Source: Trueperaceae bacterium
GTDB taxonomy: Bacteria > Deinococcota > Deinococci > Deinococcales > Trueperaceae
Direction of reading: 5' to 3'
Assembly: GCA_034520945.1 (NCBI GenBank)
Contig: JAXHNB010000010.1
Location: forward strand, 64,001 to 128,000
Length of the DNA stretch: 64,000 nt
Shown here: positions 40,021-50,622 of the stretch, piece after piece
How the letters are laid out: each line of letters begins with the position of its first letter
Position numbering within the stretch: position 1 is the first letter of the stretch
Notes under the pieces: model-generated
The model's database searches: none
What the model saw: the letters and a program-made list of their open reading frames with translations, nothing else
Told to the model about the DNA's origin: nothing
Translations under genes and position numbers: made by a program

Positions 40021-40206
40021 TCAACGCCTGGCCAGTCCGATCAGGACCAGCGCGCCCACGACCATGCATATCCCCCCGGCCCACGTCCAGAACTGCGTTC
40101 CCGTCATGGGACTGCCGCCCAACACGCCGACGCCCTGCAACGTCCACACGGCCCCGATCAGAAGCAAGACGATCCCGAGGATGGCGCGGACTGCCGGTCG
40201 GTTCAT
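40021..40206 (-). CDS. Small two-TM membrane protein
   Basis: RBS GGAGGA; GAVWTLQGVGVLGGSPMTG between two hydrophobic helices. Confidence 0.65.
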   Translation of the reverse strand: MNRPAVRAILGIVLLLIGAVWTLQGVGVLGGSPMTGTQFWTWAGGICMVVGALVLIGLARR

Positions 40207-40427
40207 ATCCATTCCTCCCGTCCCCATCGTGGGACGCCTCGAGGGTAGCGCACGAGGGGCGACCGAGCTGCTGGGATGCGCCGCAGCGCCGCCGGCCTAT
40301 GCGCCTTCATTGCCTCCGTCTTCATCGCGGACCTGCTCCGATGTGTGAACACGCCCTATGCCAAGGGTTCGGGCACCGAGATGGATGTCCCTACCCGCCG
40401 CCGGGCGCCAAGCCTGACAATCGGACT

Positions 40428-40766
40428 ATGGAATGGGCCCGCACGTGCGTTGGTACCCGTAGAGAGGTAGAGGGCCGCGGCGAGACGTGCCACGACGCCG
40501 GCGTTTGCCCCCTGAGCGCGCTGGCGTGCGGCGCCGGGGGCACGGTCGTGCAGCTACCCGAGAACCCGCGCGTCGCCCGCCGCCTGTCGGCGCTGGGCAT
40601 TCGACCCAGCATCGCGTGTCACGTGCTGGGGCGTACGCCCCTCGGGGGGCCGATCCACCTTCGGGCCGGCTCCGTCCACCTCATGCTCCGTACCTGCGAA
40701 GCGGCCGGCGTGCTGGTCGTGCCGGACGGGACGCCCGACCCAGACGATGTCCTGCCCGCGCTGTAG
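40428..40766 (+). CDS. feoA: Ferrous iron transport protein A (start uncertain)
   Basis: RRLSALGIRP, RTPLGGPI, LMLR..EA; directly upstream of feoB. Confidence 0.8.
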   Translation: MEWARTCVGTRREVEGRGETCHDAGVCPLSALACGAGGTVVQLPENPRVARRLSALGIRPSIACHVLGRTPLGGPIHLRAGSVHLMLRTCEAAGVLVVPDGTPDPDDVLPAL

Positions 40767-42900
40767 CCTCAAGGGCACCTGCCCCAGCAGCTGCCTCCCC
40801 CAACCGGCAGAGGGCGCATGTCCGCCCCGCTGGTACATGGTCGGAACCCCGAACGTGGGCAAGACGAGCCTCGTCAACGCCCTGGCCGGGAGTCGCTTGG
40901 ACATCGGCAACTGGCCCGGCACCACGGTCGAGGTCGCGTCCGCGGTGGCCCAGCTTCCCTGTGGTCGGGTCACCATGATCGATCTTCCTGGCGCCTACAC
41001 GCTGGCGGGGACCGCGCCGGACGAGGAGGTGCTCCTCCCCGCCCTGAACGCCGACCCCGAGGCGTTCATCGTGAACGTCGTCGACGCCACCAACCTCGCT
41101 CGGGACCTGACGTTGACGCTGGAGTTGGCCGAACTCGGTCGTCCCATGGTCGTGGCGCTCAACCTGGCCGACCGAGCCGCCGCGCGCGGCACGCGGGTGG
41201 ATGCGGCCACCCTGCAACGCCGCTTGGGCGTCCCCGTCGTGGCCGTCCGGGCGCACCTCGGGACGGGCGCGTCCGACATCGTGGCGGCCGTGCGGCGCGC
41301 CTCCGCGTCGCCCTTCCGCGTGCGCTACCCCGCCGCGCTGGACGCGGCGGCCGAACGGCTGTCCACACGCGCGCCGAGCCGCTGGCACGCGGTGGCGGCC
41401 CTCGCGGACGAACTTCCCGTGGCCCCGACGGCCGCCCCCGGCAGGCACGGCGGGCACGCGTCCATCCGCCTTCGGGGCCATGATCGCGACACCTGGACGG
41501 CGGCCGCACAGCGCGAGCGGGACGCGCTCCAGGAGGCCGGCATCGACGCCTTCCTGAGCGTCGTGGAGGCGCGCCACCAGGCGGCGCACGCGTTGGCGAC
41601 GCAGGCCACGAGCGGGGCGAACCTGGGCCGAGACCCGAGCGACCGCATCGACCGCGTGCTGTTGCATCCCGTGGTCGGGCCACTGGCGCTGGTGGCGGGC
41701 CTCGGCGTCGTGTTCCACGCCACCTTCGCGTTGTCGGACCCGTGGGTGGCGTTCCTCGGGACCGTGCAGGCGGTGCTGGCGGGCTGGATCGTCGCGCTGC
41801 CGCTGCCCCCGTTGCTGGGGAGTTTCCTGGCCGGCGCGCTGGTCGAGGGCGTCGGCACGGTGGTGGCGTTCGTGCCGGTCCTGTTCACGCTGTACGCCAT
41901 CCTCGGGTTCCTCGAGAATGCGGGGGTGCTGGCGCGCGTGGCGTACCTGGCCGACGGGCTGATGCGCGCCATCGGCCTGCCGGGGCGTGCGGTGCTGCCG
42001 ATGGTGCTGTCCTTGGGGTGCACCGTGCCGGCGGTGCAGTCCACGCGCATGCTGGAGCGTCGCAGCGACCGGCTGCGGGTGGCCTTGGCCATCCCCTCGA
42101 TTCCCTGCGGGGCGCGGTTGCCGGTGTTCGTACTGCTGGCGGCCGCGTTCGTGCCCGCCTACGCGGGCATGGTCGTCACGGGCCTGTACCTGCTCGGCTT
42201 CGCGATCGCGGTGGCGTCGGCGTTCGCGTTTCGGCGCTTGCTGCCCGGCGACGCCGGCAGCACCGCGATGGAGCTGCCGGCCTACCGCCTGCCGCCCGCC
42301 AGCCTGGTGCTGCGCCTGGCGTGGGTTCGGACGCGCGCCTTCCTGGCCGGCGCGGGCGGCCCGATCCTGGTGGCCGTCGTGATCGTGTGGGCGCTGCTGA
42401 CGCTGAACCTGCCGAACGGCACCAGCGTGTTCGAGGCCGTGGCGCGAACCCTCGCGCCGGCCTTCGCGCCGCTGGGGCTGAACGACTGGCGCGTGGTGGG
42501 GGCGCTGATCCCCGGCGCCGTGGCGAAGGAGGTGGTGATCGGCAGCCTGGCGCTGACGTTCACGGGCGCAGGGGGCACCGAAGCGATGGGGCTCGGATCG
42601 GGGCTGGCCACGATCGGCACGGGCCTTCTGGCCGCCGTGCGGGACACGCTCACGGCGCTGTGGGGCTCGGCACTCGCGACCGAGGCGCCGGACGGCGCCC
42701 TGGGGGCGCGGCTGTCGGCGGCCGTATCCACCGCCGGGGCGCTGGCGTTGATGACGTTCACGCTGCTGTACGTGCCCTGCGTCGCGACCCTCGCCGCCAT
42801 CCGCAAGACGTTCGGTACGCGCTGGGCCCTGTTGTCCGCCGCGCACCAACTGACGGTCGCCTACCTGGCCGCCTGGTTGGTGTTCGTGCTGGCCTCCTGA
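40747..42900 (+). CDS. feoB: Ferrous iron transporter B
   Basis: GTPNVGKTS, GNWPGTTVE, DLPGAY, VVDATNLAR, NLAD; gate motifs GCTVPA, PCGARLPV, MELPAY, AKEVV, LYVPCVA. Confidence 0.93.
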   Translation: MSCPRCSLKGTCPSSCLPQPAEGACPPRWYMVGTPNVGKTSLVNALAGSRLDIGNWPGTTVEVASAVAQLPCGRVTMIDLPGAYTLAGTAPDEEVLLPALNADPEAFIVNVVDATNLARDLTLTLELAELGRPMVVALNLADRAAARGTRVDAATLQRRLGVPVVAVRAHLGTGASDIVAAVRRASASPFRVRYPAALDAAAERLSTRAPSRWHAVAALADELPVAPTAAPGRHGGHASIRLRGHDRDTWTAAAQRERDALQEAGIDAFLSVVEARHQAAHALATQATSGANLGRDPSDRIDRVLLHPVVGPLALVAGLGVVFHATFALSDPWVAFLGTVQAVLAGWIVALPLPPLLGSFLAGALVEGVGTVVAFVPVLFTLYAILGFLENAGVLARVAYLADGLMRAIGLPGRAVLPMVLSLGCTVPAVQSTRMLERRSDRLRVALAIPSIPCGARLPVFVLLAAAFVPAYAGMVVTGLYLLGFAIAVASAFAFRRLLPGDAGSTAMELPAYRLPPASLVLRLAWVRTRAFLAGAGGPILVAVVIVWALLTLNLPNGTSVFEAVARTLAPAFAPLGLNDWRVVGALIPGAVAKEVVIGSLALTFTGAGGTEAMGLGSGLATIGTGLLAAVRDTLTALWGSALATEAPDGALGARLSAAVSTAGALALMTFTLLYVPCVATLAAIRKTFGTRWALLSAAHQLTVAYLAAWLVFVLAS

Positions 42901-43009
42901 AGCCGCCTTCGGCCCAGGCCCACCCACCTGGGGTGAGGGGCGCCAGCCAACGCCGCCCCTGCGGGACCGCGCCGTCGTCGCATGCGAGCGAGCGGGTAGG
43001 ATCCGGCCC

Positions 43010-43927
43010 GTGTCCCTGGTCGCCAGCGCCCTCGTCCCCCTCACCGTGCTGATCGTTCTGGGCATCGCGCTGAAGCGGAGCCGGTTCCTGCCCGACACGT
43101 TCTGGCCGGGCCTGGACCGGTTGAACTACTGGGTGTTCTTCCCCTCGCTGATCTTCGTGAGCCTGGCCACGACCGAAGGCGGACTGGCGGGCAGCGGGCC
43201 GGTCGCGCTTTCCGTGTGGGGCGGCCTGGGCCTGGTCGCGATCGCGGCGCTGGCGCTGCGCACGCGGCTCGCGGCGGACGGACCGGCGTTCACCTCGGTG
43301 TTCCAGGGGTCGATCCGCTTCAACAGCTACGTCGCCTTCATCGTGCTACCGGTCCTCTACCCGGGGAGCGAGGGGCTGACCGCCCTGCTGGTGGCGCTGA
43401 CGGTGCCGGTCGTGAACGTGCTGTGCGTGAGCGTGCTGGCGCGGCACGGCGCGGGGGCGGCGCTGCGCTGGCGGACGCTGCTGGGCTCCATCGTCACCAA
43501 CCCGCTGATCGTGGCGTCCGTGCTGGGCGTGATCATGGGCCGGTTGGACGTGCCGCTGGGGCCGCTGGCGTCGTCGCTGCAGATGCTGGGCCAGGCCGCG
43601 CTGGCGGCGGGGCTGTTGTCGGTCGGGGCGACGCTGCGGTTCCGGAACGTGCGCAGCGGTTGGCGCCAGGTGCTGGCGTCGATGGCGCTGAAGTTCGCGG
43701 GGCTGCCGCTGGCGACCTGGGCGGTGGCGTCGCTTCTGGGCGTTCGCCCGGAGCTGCTCGGGCCGCTGCTGCTGTTCCAGGCCATGCCGACCGCATCCGC
43801 GTCGTACGTCCTGGCGCGCGCCATGCGCGGCGACGAACGACTGATGGCGGCGATCCTGGCGGTCCACACCCTCGCGGCGCTGGCGTGGTTGCCGGTGGTG
43901 GCTTGGTGGGCCCGCATCGTGGCATGA
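43010..43927 (+). CDS. AEC (auxin efflux carrier) family transporter
   Basis: YWVFFPSLIF, FQGSIRFN, NPLI, MPTASASYVLA. Confidence 0.88.
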   Translation: MSLVASALVPLTVLIVLGIALKRSRFLPDTFWPGLDRLNYWVFFPSLIFVSLATTEGGLAGSGPVALSVWGGLGLVAIAALALRTRLAADGPAFTSVFQGSIRFNSYVAFIVLPVLYPGSEGLTALLVALTVPVVNVLCVSVLARHGAGAALRWRTLLGSIVTNPLIVASVLGVIMGRLDVPLGPLASSLQMLGQAALAAGLLSVGATLRFRNVRSGWRQVLASMALKFAGLPLATWAVASLLGVRPELLGPLLLFQAMPTASASYVLARAMRGDERLMAAILAVHTLAALAWLPVVAWWARIVA

Positions 43928-44013
43928 GCGCCGGTCGGCGCCCCTGCCTCCGTGGACCGGCGCCGATCGAGGCGCCGGAGGGGCATCGTACGCCCCTCCG
44001 ACGTGCGGGCGGT

Positions 44014-44325
44014 TCAGTCGTCGTCCGTGACGTCTCCGATCCACGTCAGGGCCCGCATCATGACCGGGAACCCCATGGTGCTGGCGGTCAGGAAGGCGAC
44101 GTGGCGCAACGCATCCTCGCTGATGCCGTCGTCCAGCGCCTGGCGGGCATGGCTGTGCGTCGCGCCCTCGGACCCGGACGCGATCGCGATGGCCAGCTTG
44201 ACCAACCGCCGCTCCCGGTCGTTCAGCGGCCCGGCTTCATGCGCTACCGACGCGAAACGTTCGTAGGCTTCGATCAGTTCCGGGTGGTCGCGTTGTAGGG
44301 CGAGGTACGGCTCGGGCTTGCTCAT
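44014..44325 (-). CDS. Carboxymuconolactone decarboxylase family protein
   Basis: GPLNDRERRLVKLAIAI, HSHARQAL, GFP; RBS AGGAGG. Confidence 0.85.
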   Translation of the reverse strand: MSKPEPYLALQRDHPELIEAYERFASVAHEAGPLNDRERRLVKLAIAIASGSEGATHSHARQALDDGISEDALRHVAFLTASTMGFPVMMRALTWIGDVTDDD

Positions 44326-44631
44326 GATGCCTCCTTCTGGTTCTGGCGCGGGGCCGCGTCGCAGGTGGGCGCCGGCGCGCGAGGCCTGGCTGCGCTTGCA
44401 GCGTCGGCCTGAGGTTCACGGTCCGCCGCCGGGACCGGCACGGCGAGCATACGCCCCAGGCAACGCCGAACGAAACGGGACGCACGTCCACGGGGCGGGC
44501 TCCCCGATGCCACGGCCCGTCCGGCCAGCATGACCGCCCGAGTGTAGGGTGCGTGAAGGCCCGTCGACGACCCTGGGCCGGGATGGGGAGAACGCGGTGA
44601 TCACGCCTTGCACGCGTGGCGATCCGCCGGC

Positions 44632-45570
44632 ATGACGAGTCCTGAAGGCACCGCGTGTGCCGGCGGGGCTCGCCGCGCGCTGGCCATCGTCAACCCCGCG
44701 ACGGGCCGAAGGAAGGTCGAGCGCGTTGAGGCCGAGATCGTACAGGCGGCGCTCGGCCACGGACTCGACGTCGAGGTGCGCCGAACGCAACGGCTCGGCG
44801 ACGCGGAGCGGTGGGCGGCCGCAGCGCGGGGCGAGGGGTTCGATCTGCTCATCGTGGCGGGTGGCGACGGCACCGTAGCCGCCGCGCTGGGAGGTTCGGT
44901 CCAGGTCGACGATCCGCTGGCGATCGCCATCGTGCCCCTCGGTACGGGCAACGGACTCGCCCGGGCCCTCCGGATCCCGTTCCGTCCGGGGCCGGCCCTC
45001 CACGCCACGCTGGACGGCCGGGTGGTGGCGCACGACGTCGCGTCGATCGAGCCGTTCGGACACCGCTTCGTCATGTTCTTCGGCGCCGGCTACGACGCGG
45101 ACGTGAACGCCGACGCCAACCGTCACGACAAGCGGAGGTTCGGCTTCATCGCCTACGTGCGGGCGGGGTTGGTGCGCTTGACCGACCGGCGACATCACCG
45201 CGTCACCCTGACGTTGGACGGCCGCACCGTCCGCACCCGCGCGCACACGATCAGCGTGTTCAACGCCGGATCGTTCGCCTTCGGCGACGTGGTCCTGGGC
45301 CCACGTGTGCGGCCCGACGACGGACTTCTCGACGTCACGGTCCTGCGTGAGCCGGGCGCGTGGGGGACCCTGCGGGACGTGACGCGCTTGATCCTCGGGC
45401 GAAGCCGCGATGGCACCTCCTGGCAGGCGCGCAGCATACGCGTGGCGGCGGAACCGCCCTTGCCCGTGCACGCCGACGGCGAGGTGCTGGGCCGAACGCC
45501 GGTCGCCATCACGGTGCTGCCCGTCCGGGCGCGCTTGCTGGCGCCCGTCTCGGGCCGCGCGTCCTCGTGA
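44632..45570 (+). CDS. Diacylglycerol/lipid kinase family protein
   Basis: IVNPATG, AGGDGT, PLGTGN, DDGLLDV, HADGE. Confidence 0.9.
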   Translation: MTSPEGTACAGGARRALAIVNPATGRRKVERVEAEIVQAALGHGLDVEVRRTQRLGDAERWAAAARGEGFDLLIVAGGDGTVAAALGGSVQVDDPLAIAIVPLGTGNGLARALRIPFRPGPALHATLDGRVVAHDVASIEPFGHRFVMFFGAGYDADVNADANRHDKRRFGFIAYVRAGLVRLTDRRHHRVTLTLDGRTVRTRAHTISVFNAGSFAFGDVVLGPRVRPDDGLLDVTVLREPGAWGTLRDVTRLILGRSRDGTSWQARSIRVAAEPPLPVHADGEVLGRTPVAITVLPVRARLLAPVSGRASS

Positions 45571-45634
45571 GCATGGCGGCCCGCGCCTGGTTGCGCGCTG
45601 GCAGCGGACCCGGGCGACTCTACGGGCGTGGTCC

Positions 45635-46765
45635 CTACGGGCGCGGCACCAACCGCCACACTGAGCCTCGATAGTCGGCGATCAGCAGCTCGCCGTTCGG
45701 CTCCCGTCCGAAGCTGGAGATCGGGAACCCGGCGTCCAGCAGAACCTCCGCCTCCCACCGTTGCGTGTCGACGCTCGACAAAAGGCCCTGGGGACGCGCC
45801 ACCAGGACCTTGCCACCCACGAAGTCGCCGAACAGGTACGACCCCACCAGCTCGGGGATCCGATCGCCAGCGTAGACGTAGCCACCGGTGACGGCGCGGC
45901 CCCAACCGCGTTCGCGGTCGTACGCGATCACGGGGAGGACGGTGCCCTCGGGCGAGCACCCGGGCCACCCGAAACAGGTATCGCCCTCCCACACGTTCCA
46001 GCCGTAGTTGCGTCCACCTCTGCTGCCGGGGGGCTCGCGGTTCACCTCCTCGACCGAGGCTTGTCCGACGTCGGCGATCCACAATGCGCCCTCGGGCCCG
46101 AACGAGAAGCGCCACGGGTTGCGCAGCCCGTACGCCCAGATTTCGTCGCGCGCATTGGCGTGGCCCACGAAGGGGTTGTCGGGCGGGACGCCGTAGGGTA
46201 CCTCGCGCACGTCCAAACGCAGGATGGATCCGTGCAACGTGGCCGGATTCTGCCCGTTTCCGTCGGGGTCGCCCCCGGCTCCCCCGTCGCCGAGCGCCAT
46301 GTACAGGTACCCATCCGGCCCGAACGCCAGCTGCCCGCCGTTGTGGATGGCGCTCGGTTGCGACAGTTGCAGCATGGGGGTCGCCTTTGCGAGCTGGGCG
46401 CGACCGTCGGCCACCGGCATGCGTTGCAGCATGGTGTCCCCGTTCACGTCGGTGTAGTGCACGAACACCTCGGGGGTGTCCGGGGAGTCCGGGTGGAACG
46501 CCAGGCCCAGCAACCCTCGTTCCGTGCTGACGGAGACGTGGTCGCGGAGGTCGAGGAACGGCTCGGGCGCGACCGTGCCGTTCTCGATCACGCGTACCGC
46601 GCCGGTCTGCTCGAGCACGTAGGTGCGGTCGACATCGCTTCCATCGGTGACGATGCCCACCGGACGTTCGAATCCGGTCGCGACGCGTTGGAGGCCGACC
46701 TGCTGCGCTCCCGCGCTGGCGCCGAACGGCCAAGCGCACAAAAGGAGAAGCGGGATCGTGCGCAC
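45635..46765 (-). CDS. PQQ-dependent sugar dehydrogenase (GSDH family), secreted
   Basis: ERGLLGLAFHP, HNGGQLAFGPDGYLY..LGDGG, YGLRNPWRFSF; GTG start before a signal peptide is inferred. Confidence 0.88.
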   Translation of the reverse strand: MRTIPLLLLCAWPFGASAGAQQVGLQRVATGFERPVGIVTDGSDVDRTYVLEQTGAVRVIENGTVAPEPFLDLRDHVSVSTERGLLGLAFHPDSPDTPEVFVHYTDVNGDTMLQRMPVADGRAQLAKATPMLQLSQPSAIHNGGQLAFGPDGYLYMALGDGGAGGDPDGNGQNPATLHGSILRLDVREVPYGVPPDNPFVGHANARDEIWAYGLRNPWRFSFGPEGALWIADVGQASVEEVNREPPGSRGGRNYGWNVWEGDTCFGWPGCSPEGTVLPVIAYDRERGWGRAVTGGYVYAGDRIPELVGSYLFGDFVGGKVLVARPQGLLSSVDTQRWEAEVLLDAGFPISSFGREPNGELLIADYRGSVWRLVPRP

Positions 46766-46964
46766 CCACCGACGAGCGTGACGGGGCCAGCGCGCGCGCC
46801 GCACCGGCGGCGCTGCGGCGAGAACCGACGAGGCGAAACGCGTGCTCCATGCATGGCTCGGCGTTGGTGTCACCGTGGACCTCCAGGTTGGGGTTCGTCG
46901 CGCGGCCGGAGGCGGAACGCGGCTTCGGCTGCTGTCGCGACATGCGCGACGATGACACGTACGT

Positions 46965-49900
46965 TCAGTCGGCCGTGCTGGGCTGCTCGTCCAGGAGCTC
47001 GAGGAAGGCCGCGACGATCCGTGGATCGAAGTGTGCGCCTGCTTCGCGCTCGATGTGCTCGTACGCCTGTGCGCGACTCCACGCGGCACGGTACGGCCGG
47101 TCGCTGGTCAGGGCGTCGTACACGTCCGCCACGGCGAAGATGCGTGCGGGCAGCGGGATGTCCTCGCCGAGGAGCCCGCGCGGGTAGCCGCTGCCGTCCC
47201 ACCTCTCGTGGTGGGCGTAGGGAATGTCGAGGGCACGCTCGAGGAACGGGACGCCGGCCAGGAAATCGCGGGCGTGGACCGGATGGCGCTTGATGATCTC
47301 CCACTCTTCGGCGTCCAGTTTGCCGGGTTTCAGGAGGATCGCGTCGGGAATCCCCATTTTTCCGATGTCGTGCAGCAGCGCGCCGCGGCGGACGTCGGCC
47401 AGGGCCTCGCCGCTGAAGCCGAGCTTCCAAGCGAGATCCACGGTGAGTTTGGTGACGCGCTGCGAGTGGCCCGCGGTTTCCTCGTCCTTGAGGTCCAACG
47501 CCCGGGCCCACCCTTCGATGGTTCGGTCGTAGCTCAGTTGAAGCTCGTCCCTGGAGCGCTGCAGGTCGGCGAACAGCTGGGCGTGGTCGATCGCGATGGC
47601 CGCCTGGCGCCCGAGGTCGGCCGCCATGTCGCACCAGGCCTCCTCCATCGCGAGCGGGGAGCGGTGATGCGCCCCGAGAACGCCCTGCAGCTCCCCCTTC
47701 GAGATGAGCGGCACGGCGTAGTACGACACGAACCCTTCCTGTTCGACCAGCTCCTTCGGCACGTCCGGCAGGGCGCTCGTGGACAGGTCGGGCACGCCGA
47801 GCGGTTCGGAATGCAACGCGGCCTGGCCGGCCAGGCCGCTGCCGAGAGCCAAGGGCGTGCCGCGGGGGAGGTGCGTGCGGAAGCCGGCGCCGGCTCCGTA
47901 CCGCAGGTTCGAGGTGACGGGGTCGTACAGGAACACGTCCGCGGCGTCGACCTCGAGCACGCGTTGCGCCTGGGCCACGATCACGTCGAGCGTGGGCTCC
48001 AGGTCCGCGGCCTTGAGGATCGCCTCGTCGATCTTGCTGAAGCGCGCCGATCCGGGAGACCTGCGCGGAGAGATCCCGCGTCAGCGCCTCGTTGCGCCGC
48101 TTCGCCTCGCGCCGTTCGAGGTAGGTGCGCAGCATCTCCGCCAAGGAATCCAAAAGCGCTTGCTCTTCAGAAAGGAACGGGCCGTTCTCGTCTTCGGACG
48201 GCGGAGGCTCTCGCAGGTACGCGACGCGAAGCCGGCCACGCCCTCCAATGTGGGTGACGCAGTCGCTCTCCTGCATCCAGGGGGTTTCGCGGAAGGAAGG
48301 CGTTGCCGCCTCGAAAGCACTGCCGTCCACCTCGTGAAACTCGAAGTGGGCGGCGGTGTGGCGCGGAAAACGCAAGGCCTGCGGCAGGTCGCGGATCAGC
48401 TCGTCGAGTATGGCCTGGAGCGGGGCCTCCTCGTCGCGCAGCAGGACCGACGCTCGGTGCAGCATGCGGAGCTCCTTGACCCGTTCGCCCAGTTCGACCA
48501 GGAGAGCCTTGCGTTCCTCTTCGGCCCGCTTGGGCTCGGTGATGTCGGTGGACGCGCCGAGAAAGACCATGGAGCCGTCGTCGCGGATGGCCCGCGTGAT
48601 GGCTGGTCCAGGTCGGAATGGTGGCACTATCCTTGGTGATCGCCTCGAGTTCGCCGGCCCAGCTGCCCGTTGTCACGACCGTTTCCAAGGCGCGCCGGGT
48701 CTCGGTCGAGGCGTGGGGTGGCACCGTCAGGTCCACCATGCTCTTCCCGAACGCTTCTTGGCGGGTGTAGCCGTACAGGCGTTCGGCGTGCTCGTTCCAG
48801 TAGATGACGCGTTCATCCTGATCTGCGGCGATGACGGCGGTCTCGACCTGCGCCAACAACGAGGCCTGGAACGCCACCTGACGCAGCGCGTCGTGGCGCT
48901 CGGTCATGTCGAGGCCCATCCCGACCACGAACGCGGCGTCGTCCAGCTCGAACCGCCGCGCCGTCACGTAGTACGGGATCGCCGTGCCATCGGCGGCCCG
49001 ATAGTGCGCCTCGACTTCCGCCGCGCCGTCGCGGAACACCCGCTGAATCGCGTCCGCGACCGCGACGCGCTCCTGCAGGAGGTGGCCGGGATCGGTGTCG
49101 GTCAGCTGCGTGGCGGTGCGTCCTGATACGGCCTCAAGCGTTGCGGTTCCACATGACCAGCCGCGCATCTTCGTTCAACAGGATGAACACGCCCGGGAAG
49201 CTGTCGATGGCGGCCTCCAGGATGCGCTTGTGCCACTGACTCTCGGCCTCGGCGCGCTTACGCTCGTCGATGTCGCGCGTGTTCACCACGATGGCGCCTA
49301 CGGCAGGATCGTCCAGCAGGTTGGTGGCGACGGCCTCGCGCCACGCCCATGCGCCGGACGCCTGCAGGAAGCGGTAGGTGAGCGTTCGGGCTGTGCTGCT
49401 GCCGCGGGGCATGGCGTCCAAGGCCTCCCGCACGGCGTCCCGATCGCCTGGATGGATGTACGCGAGCAGGTCCTCCCCTTCCAAGACGTCCGGGGAGAAG
49501 CTCGTGTGCCGCCGGGTCGCATCCCCAAGGTGGATCGTGATCATGCGATAGGCGTGGTCCATGAGCACGATCACGTCGGAACTGTGCTCGATCATGGCGC
49601 GGAACTTGCGTTCGCGGGCCGCGATCGCCTGGTCCTTGCGGCTGCGCTCCAGCGCGTACCCGATCACGCGTGTCAGCACCAGGGCGGTCAACTCACCCTT
49701 GGGCAGGTAGTCCTGCGCGCCCTTGCGGACGGCCTCCAAGGCGACACGGTGGTCGTCCAGGCCGGTCAGGATCACGATCGGCAGGTCCGGCGCCCAACCC
49801 TGTGCGGTGGTGAAGGTCTCCAGCCCTTGGCTGTCGGGGAGCGACAAATCCACCAGAACGATGTCCGGTGGGTCCGATGCCAGTGATCGTTGGGCTGCGG

Positions 49901-50072
49901 CCAGCGTCTCGACGTGGTCCAGCGCGTACGCCGGCTCGCGTTGGTCGCCCAGGAACTCCCGGACCAGGTAGGCGTCGGCGGGGTTGTCCTCGACGAGGAG
50001 GACCCGGATCACGTCAGGCGCGCCACGGTCCGACCCCGCGGCGCCCTGGTGGTCCGAGTGCGGCGGTCGCAC
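46965..50072 (-). pseudogene. REC-PAS(x3)-GAF-HD-GYP c-di-GMP phosphodiesterase interrupted by three +1 frameshifts (probably sequencing errors)
   Basis: LLVEDNPADA/DLSLPDS REC; PAS repeats; LLHDIGK and HHERWDGSGYP; frame changes near 49145, 48601 and 48040. Confidence 0.75.
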
Positions 50073-50166
50073 GGCTATCGGACCAGCCCCCGGCGTGGCG
50101 CGCGCACTGCGCGCCTCCTTGCACGTGCCGGCCCGGTGCTCGAGGGGCGGCGGGGGGAACGGAGCG

Positions 50167-50622
50167 TCATGGCGGCCCGTCCCGTGAGGGAAGCCGGACG
50201 GTGCTGAACCAGAAGTCCTCGAGCGTATGCACGACCTGCATGAACTGTTCGTACCCGATGGGCTTGATGATGTAGCTGTTCGCGTGCTGATCGTAGCTTC
50301 GCAGGACGTCCGCTTCTTGGTCGGAGGTGGTGAGCACGACCACGGGAATGCGGCGCAACTCGGGATCGTTCTTGATCTCGACCAGCACCTCGGCGCCGCC
50401 CATCTTCGGCAGGTTCAGGTCGAGGAGCACCAGGTCCGGTTGGACGGCATTCTCGTACCCGGGCGCCCGTCGAAGGTGATCCATGGCGGCCTGGCCGTCC
50501 TGAACGACATGCAGGGTGCAGGGGATCCGGCTCTCTTCGAAGATCTCCTCCACCAGCGTGATGTCGGCCGGGCTGTCCTCCACCAGCAGAATCTCGGCGG
50601 GTCGTGACGCGGTCGAACTCAT
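50167..50622 (-). CDS. Single-domain response regulator (Rcp1-like)
   Basis: ILLVEDSPAD, PDLVLLDLNLP, IPVVVLTTS, ANSYIIKP, FWFSTV. Confidence 0.92.
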   Translation of the reverse strand: MSSTASRPAEILLVEDSPADITLVEEIFEESRIPCTLHVVQDGQAAMDHLRRAPGYENAVQPDLVLLDLNLPKMGGAEVLVEIKNDPELRRIPVVVLTTSDQEADVLRSYDQHANSYIIKPIGYEQFMQVVHTLEDFWFSTVRLPSRDGPP

